64,000 bases of DNA from Vulcanimicrobiota bacterium (lineage in GTDB: Bacteria > Vulcanimicrobiota > Vulcanimicrobiia > Vulcanimicrobiales > Vulcanimicrobiaceae), in assembly GCA_963777315.1 (NCBI GenBank), contig CAVZQC010000001.1, forward strand, positions 192,001 to 256,000, written 5' to 3'. Each line of letters begins with the position of its first letter. The stretch's first letter is position 1. Both the position numbers and the translations under genes were made by a program. The notes under the pieces are model-generated. The model was given only the letters and a program-made list of their open reading frames with translations, ran no database searches and was not told the DNA's origin. Positions 59,431 through 64,000 of this stretch are shown here, one piece after another.

Positions 59431-59580
59431 CTACCTGGCCGCGACGTAGACTGCGGAAAAGACGCGGACCAAATGGTCCAGCGCGATCACCAGCACCCAA
59501 AAGGCCGCCAGCGCCGCAAGAACCACGAGCGATTGGGCGCGTTCGCGAGACCTGGCTTTTTTGCGGGAACCGGCATCCAT
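59431..59580 (-). CDS. Small membrane protein (49 aa), absent from the ORF track
   Basis: MDAGSRKKARSRERAQSLVVLAALAAFWVLVIALDHLVRVFSAVYVAAR; paralogous to the neighbour. Confidence 0.65.
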   Translation of the reverse strand: MDAGSRKKARSRERAQSLVVLAALAAFWVLVIALDHLVRVFSAVYVAAR

Positions 59581-59667
59581 GCAAAAAGTATCGCATTGCA
59601 AACGAGCGGCCGAACGAGTCCTTGGGGCTGGGGTGCGGGTCCTAGTGGCCCTTAACGGCGTCCGCCG

Positions 59668-59862
59668 CTAGCGAATCATCGGGGTAGAGTATTCTCCGAC
59701 GAAAAAGTTAAGCATGAAGACCACTACCCAGAACGCCGCGATAGCGGCCAGCAACACGATCGATTGAGCTCGCTCGCGCAGCCGAGCGCTGTGCCGCAAG
59801 GGCAAATCCTTGGGCAGCAGACCAACCGTACTCTGGGATCGAGCGGAATAATGCTTCACCAC
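59668..59862 (-). CDS. Small membrane protein; start uncertain
   Basis: RERAQSIVLLAAIAAFWVVVFML; paralogous to 59431-59580. Confidence 0.6.
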   Translation of the reverse strand: MVKHYSARSQSTVGLLPKDLPLRHSARLRERAQSIVLLAAIAAFWVVVFMLNFFVGEYSTPMIR

Positions 59863-59895
59863 AAGCTTATTCCCGGCACTCCTGCGGGCGAACCG

Positions 59896-60761
59896 TCATC
59901 TCAGACCCAACACGTTTGCAAGGTTCGCACTATCGTCGACGATAGCCTCGATTTTGCCCCCCGGAGATGTCAGCAAGGTAGTCACGCCGGGCCCGTGGCC
60001 GGCGATGAACGAGCGGCCATGCACGACGACGCCGACCGAGATGGCCCCGGTACGGTACACTCGCCCGAACGAGTGGTCGGCGTCCACGATGGCGACGAAA
60101 TCGCCCAAACGCAAATCGCGCAAGCCATATTGCTGCGACAGCGCCTCATCGAAGGTTTGGATGTCGCAATCGCCCCGGACGACGGTCGAGCGGCCGAGCC
60201 CCGAACCCATGACCGCGGCCGGCACCAGCTTTGCGACGCGCGCGCGCACCGTTTGCCCGCGCAGCTCCGGAGCCCAGCGCTCGAGCAAATCCGATCGGCG
60301 TTGAACACCTTGACGTCGGGCGCATCCAGCAGCCGCATCCCCTGCCCGCAGCCCCAGACCTGGACTTTGTCGCCGATGGCCATCTTGCGCATAATCTCCG
60401 GCTCGAAATCGACGATCACGTGTTCGACCCCGCCGTGTTTGCCCGTTACGCGCCCCACCGCTCCTTTGGCATCGCCGCCGACGACTACCGCTTCGTTGCC
60501 GATGCATGCCATCGCGTTCAGCGCCGCGTTTTGCCGGTCGTCCGGCGCGCGCATGCTGACCGCCGGCTCTATGTGGTCCGCTGCAAAAGCGAACGCCGCG
60601 TCGCCGACGCGAACGTTCGGGTTGATTCCCCCAACGCTGGGAAGGATTCGAGCTTCTCCTTCGCAGCCGACGTCGTACCGGCCCGAATTCAGTTGCGCCG
60701 GGGCAATTTCGCCCATCACTGCGCAAATGACCAATTCCGAGCGGTTGATGCGAAGGCTCAC
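59896..60761 (-). pseudogene. DUF4438-like protein split by a 1-nt frameshift near 60292 (pseudogene or sequence error)
   Basis: N-half (ADHIEPAVS, GKHGGVEH) and C-half (MGSGLG, GHGPGVTTL) lie in different frames. Confidence 0.7.
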
Positions 60762-60789
60762 GATACGGCGTACCTCGAAGCGAGCGGAT

Positions 60790-61155
60790 GTGCAGATTCG
60801 TAAGCACTTCCGGTTCGAGGCTGCGCACGTTCTCCCTTACCATCCGGGAAAGTGCTCGCGGCTGCACGGCCACTCGTACCGCTTGGACGTCGCTGTACGG
60901 GGGCCGCTCCAAAGCGACGGACCCGCACGGGGAATGATCGAGGACTTCGATGCGATCCGGGGTATCGTGCACCGTGCGATCATCGATACGCTCGATCACT
61001 CCTGCCTCAACGACGTGATCGAAAATCCGACCTGCGAGCGGATCGCGGCATGGGTTTGGCAGACGCTCCTGCCCGCGCTTCCCGCACTGGACGAACTGGT
61101 GCTGTGGGAAACGCCGACGTCGTGCGCCGTACTTCGCAAAACGGATTTTCACTGA
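60790..61155 (+). CDS. queD: 6-carboxytetrahydropterin synthase
   Basis: FEAAH, CSRLHGHSY, LDH, NPTCE and WET motifs. Confidence 0.93.
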   Translation: MQIRKHFRFEAAHVLPYHPGKCSRLHGHSYRLDVAVRGPLQSDGPARGMIEDFDAIRGIVHRAIIDTLDHSCLNDVIENPTCERIAAWVWQTLLPALPALDELVLWETPTSCAVLRKTDFH

Positions 61156-61730
61156 TGCTTGCGCTCGCGGAAATCTTTTACAGCATTCAAGGCGAGGGCG
61201 CATTCAGCGGAACGCCCGCGGTATTCGTACGGCTGGCGGGGTGCAATCTTTCCTGCGATTTCTGCGATACGGATTACTCGCTCAAGTTCTTGGCAAGCGT
61301 CGACGAGGTCGTGAGCCGCGTGCGTGACATCGGCGCGCAGTGCCCCATGGTCGTTCTCACGGGCGGCGAACCCCTCGCGCAGACGGAGGCTAGCGCGCTG
61401 ATCGCGGCGCTGCGCGCGAACGGCAAGCGCGTGCACATCGAAACGAACGGCACCATTTACGTAGACGTCCCAAACGACGTTTGGGTCACGGTGTCGCCCA
61501 AAGAGCGCGTGGATCCGCGCATGGCGCGCCGCGCCGACGAGGTCAAACTGATCGTCGACGGCCGCGTTCCCGAAGAGCACCTCGAACTGTTCGAGGAGCA
61601 CGCGGTTCTGCTGCTGCAGCCCGAAGGCAACAAGCCGTCAAACGTCGAGCTGGCTTTAGCGTACGCCAAAGGGCATCCGGAGCGCTTTCGACTCTCCTTG
61701 CAAACCCACAAACTGATCGGCGTGCCGTAG
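61155..61730 (+). CDS. queE: 7-carboxy-7-deazaguanine synthase (radical SAM)
   Basis: SIQGEG, CNLSCDFCDT, TGGEP, ETNG and QTHK motifs. Confidence 0.93.
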   Translation: MLALAEIFYSIQGEGAFSGTPAVFVRLAGCNLSCDFCDTDYSLKFLASVDEVVSRVRDIGAQCPMVVLTGGEPLAQTEASALIAALRANGKRVHIETNGTIYVDVPNDVWVTVSPKERVDPRMARRADEVKLIVDGRVPEEHLELFEEHAVLLLQPEGNKPSNVELALAYAKGHPERFRLSLQTHKLIGVP

Positions 61731-61770
61731 TGGGCGTTGCCGATACCGGTGTCGAGCAGCAACGCCGCGC

Positions 61771-62376
61771 ATGATTTTGGTAACGTGCGCAATCGGCAAA
61801 GAACTGCGTTCCTTTCGGCCGGTGCCGCATGTCGAGATGCTCGTTACGGGGGTGGGGCCTGTGGAAGCGGCGGCATGCGTGTCACGGGCGCTGGCGCAAA
61901 GCCCATACGAGCTGGTCATTAGCGCGGGGATCGCAGGTGCGGTCGACGGAGCGGCGGCTATCGGCGAAGGCGTTGTGGTTTTCGAGGAGACGTTCGAGCT
62001 CGATCTGGAAACCGGAATGCCGCTCGTGCTACCCGAGGGCGCAAGCGTCGTCGATCGCGCCGGATCCGATTTGGCGCTGGTCGATCGACTGGTGGAGCTG
62101 GGCTTTCGCAGCGTGCGAGGCGTTACCGTGCCCCGCGTCACCGCAACGGACGACGGCGCCGCGCGGCTTGCGCGCGCCGGCATCGGCGTTGAAACCATGG
62201 AAGGTTTTGCCGTTTTGCGCGCCGCCGAGATCGCCGGCGTTGCCGCGATCGAAGTGCGCGGAATATCGAACGCCGTTTGCGATCGCAAACGCAGCGGCTG
62301 GGATTTCGAAGCCGGCGTGGCGGGGGCCGAAAAAGTGTTGCAAGCTTTGCTCTCGGTAATTCACGTCGATGGATAG
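61771..62376 (+). CDS. mqnB: Futalosine hydrolase
   Basis: TGVG, SAGIAG, ETMEG and RGISN motifs; next to mqnD. Confidence 0.85.
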   Translation: MILVTCAIGKELRSFRPVPHVEMLVTGVGPVEAAACVSRALAQSPYELVISAGIAGAVDGAAAIGEGVVVFEETFELDLETGMPLVLPEGASVVDRAGSDLALVDRLVELGFRSVRGVTVPRVTATDDGAARLARAGIGVETMEGFAVLRAAEIAGVAAIEVRGISNAVCDRKRSGWDFEAGVAGAEKVLQALLSVIHVDG

Positions 62377-63205
62377 GCCGCTCACCCTCGCGTACTCTCC
62401 GTGCCCGAACGATACGTACGTCTTCGCCGCATGGAGCAACGGCCTGCTCGACGGCGTGCCCGAAGTACGCGTCTATCTGGAGGACGTTGAGAACCTCAAC
62501 ACTTCTGCGCTCAAAGCGGATCACTGCTTGACCAAAGTGAGTTACGGCGCCATTCCGCTGCTGATGGCAGATTACCGGATCCTGCGTGCCGGCGGCGCCC
62601 TGGGCTCAGGCTGCGGTCCGCTGCTGGTCGCGCGCGCCGGTTCGCGCACGAAACTCGAGCAATTCAAGAATACGATCATCGCGATACCGGGCGAGATGAC
62701 GACGGCGTTTATGCTGCTGCGCATGGCGATGGGCTCGCGTCCGCAAACGGTGCAGATGCGCTTCGACAAAATCGTCGAAGCGGTCGCCGGTGGGACGGCG
62801 GATGCCGGTCTGATCATTCACGAGTCGCGCTTTACCTATCAGGATTCCGGCCTCGTCGAAGTTTTAGATTTGGGAACGTGGTGGGAAGAGCAGACTTCGA
62901 TGCCCATACCGCTAGGCGCCATTCTGGCCAGAAGAGACCTCGACGATGCCGAAGCGCGCGAAGCGGATTCAGCCATTCGCCGCAGCTTGCAGTATGCGCG
63001 TGAAAACGAAAGCGACGTCATGAAGTACGTTCACGAGCATGCAACGGAAATGAGCGAACAGGTCATGCGCAAGCACATCGACCTCTACGTCAACGACTAC
63101 ACCGGCGATCTGGGAGACGAGGGAATGGCTGCCGTGCGGGAACTCTTTGCGCGCGCCCATCGAGCGCGCATCATACCCGAAACCACGGAGCCGGAGTTTG
63201 TGTAG
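62369..63205 (+). CDS. mqnD: 1,4-dihydroxy-6-naphthoate synthase
   Basis: SPCPNDT, IIHE, PIPLG and HIDLYVN motifs. Confidence 0.93.
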   Translation: MDRPLTLAYSPCPNDTYVFAAWSNGLLDGVPEVRVYLEDVENLNTSALKADHCLTKVSYGAIPLLMADYRILRAGGALGSGCGPLLVARAGSRTKLEQFKNTIIAIPGEMTTAFMLLRMAMGSRPQTVQMRFDKIVEAVAGGTADAGLIIHESRFTYQDSGLVEVLDLGTWWEEQTSMPIPLGAILARRDLDDAEAREADSAIRRSLQYARENESDVMKYVHEHATEMSEQVMRKHIDLYVNDYTGDLGDEGMAAVRELFARAHRARIIPETTEPEFV

Positions 63206-64000
63206 GCGCCTGCTTGCGTTTGCTGCGGCGCTGGCGATAGGCGCTGCGGCGACCATTTTGCCGGCGGCCGCGGGAACGTTGCCCCCCGCGCACGTCGTGC
63301 TTGGCGACGAAGTGTTTCTCCAATCCGCATGGCGCGATTTGCACGGACGCTGCGTGGGCGTCATCACCAACCAAACCGGCGTTACTTCCCGGCTGGTCAA
63401 TCTCGTCGACGCAATCGCAAGCAATCCGCAGATCTGCATCAAAGCGATCTATTCGCCCGAGCACGGCTTGCGCGGCGACCGCCCTGCGGGTGCGTACGTT
63501 GCCTCGTACACCGACCGGCGCACCGGTTTACCCGTCTACAGCTTGTACGGGCCGCAGCGCCATCCGACCGCGCAAATGCTTGCAGGCGTCGACGTGCTGC
63601 TGTTCGACATTCAGGACGTCGGTTCGCGGACGTACACCTACATTTCCACGATGGCCTACGCGATGCAGGCTGCCAAGCAGTTCGGCAAGGAAATCTGGAT
63701 TCTCGATCGACCCAATCCCATCGGCGGGACGATGGTGGAAGGCCCCGTGCTCGATCCTCGCTTCAAATCGTTCATCGGCCTTTATCCGATCGCCGTGCGT
63801 CACGGCATGACGGTCGGCGAACTCGCGCGCATGTTCAACGAACGCTTCGGCATCGGAGCAAATCTTCGCGTCATTGCGATGCGCGGCTGGCACCGAAGCA
63901 TGCTGTGGCCGCAAACGGGGCTGCAGTGGGTGCAAACTTCGCCGAACATTCCGGAATGGAGCACGGCCATAGTCTATCCGTGCACGGGCTTGATCGACGG
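63198..64000 (+). CDS. namZ: DUF1343/NamZ exo-beta-N-acetylmuramidase (runs off the window's right edge)
   Basis: Hand translation: ITNQTG, SPEHG, VYSLYG, FDIQDVG and LDRPNP motifs. Confidence 0.88.
   Translation, partial: MCRRLLAFAAALAIGAAATILPAAAGTLPPAHVVLGDEVFLQSAWRDLHGRCVGVITNQTGVTSRLVNLVDAIASNPQICIKAIYSPEHGLRGDRPAGAYVASYTDRRTGLPVYSLYGPQRHPTAQMLAGVDVLLFDIQDVGSRTYTYISTMAYAMQAAKQFGKEIWILDRPNPIGGTMVEGPVLDPRFKSFIGLYPIAVRHGMTVGELARMFNERFGIGANLRVIAMRGWHRSMLWPQTGLQWVQTSPNIPEWSTAIVYPCTGLID

Noticed and set aside
60790..61730. queD/queE as a 7-deazaguanine DNA-modification (dpd) island
   Set aside because: No dpdA/tgt-like or restriction genes nearby; flanked by menaquinone genes, consistent with ordinary queuosine synthesis.

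Overview
A high-GC (roughly mid-60s %, estimated by eye), gene-dense bacterial chromosomal window of about 70 CDSs. I saw no rRNA, tRNA, CRISPR array or mobile element. The gene style (Pro/Thr-rich linkers, TolC/TonB, futalosine pathway) suggests a diderm Terrabacteria lineage such as Eremiobacterota; this is inference only. Most genes are housekeeping: efflux, TldD/E, FolD, a SUF cluster lacking sufB, thiOSG, ETF-QO, a 2-oxoacid dehydrogenase with duplicated E1-alpha, queDE, mqnBD and namZ. Four features stand out. (1) At 37.7-44.0 kb, a translationally coupled GGDEF-EAL / HTH-less MalT-like STAND-TPR / HD-GYP operon converges on a secreted precursor with eight DSASALP copies in a 12-aa tandem repeat, which is divergent from a LuxR regulator. 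This is a candidate undescribed peptide-signalling / c-di-GMP system. (2) A Bcp peroxiredoxin has an in-frame UGA at its peroxidatic site followed by a SECIS-like hairpin, so it is probably a selenoprotein. (3) An ECF sigma factor is paired with a zinc-finger anti-sigma domain fused to an O6-alkylguanine transferase. (4) There are several unannotated small ORFs and a single-base frameshift in a DUF4438-like gene. All calls come from reading motifs by eye; no searches were run.
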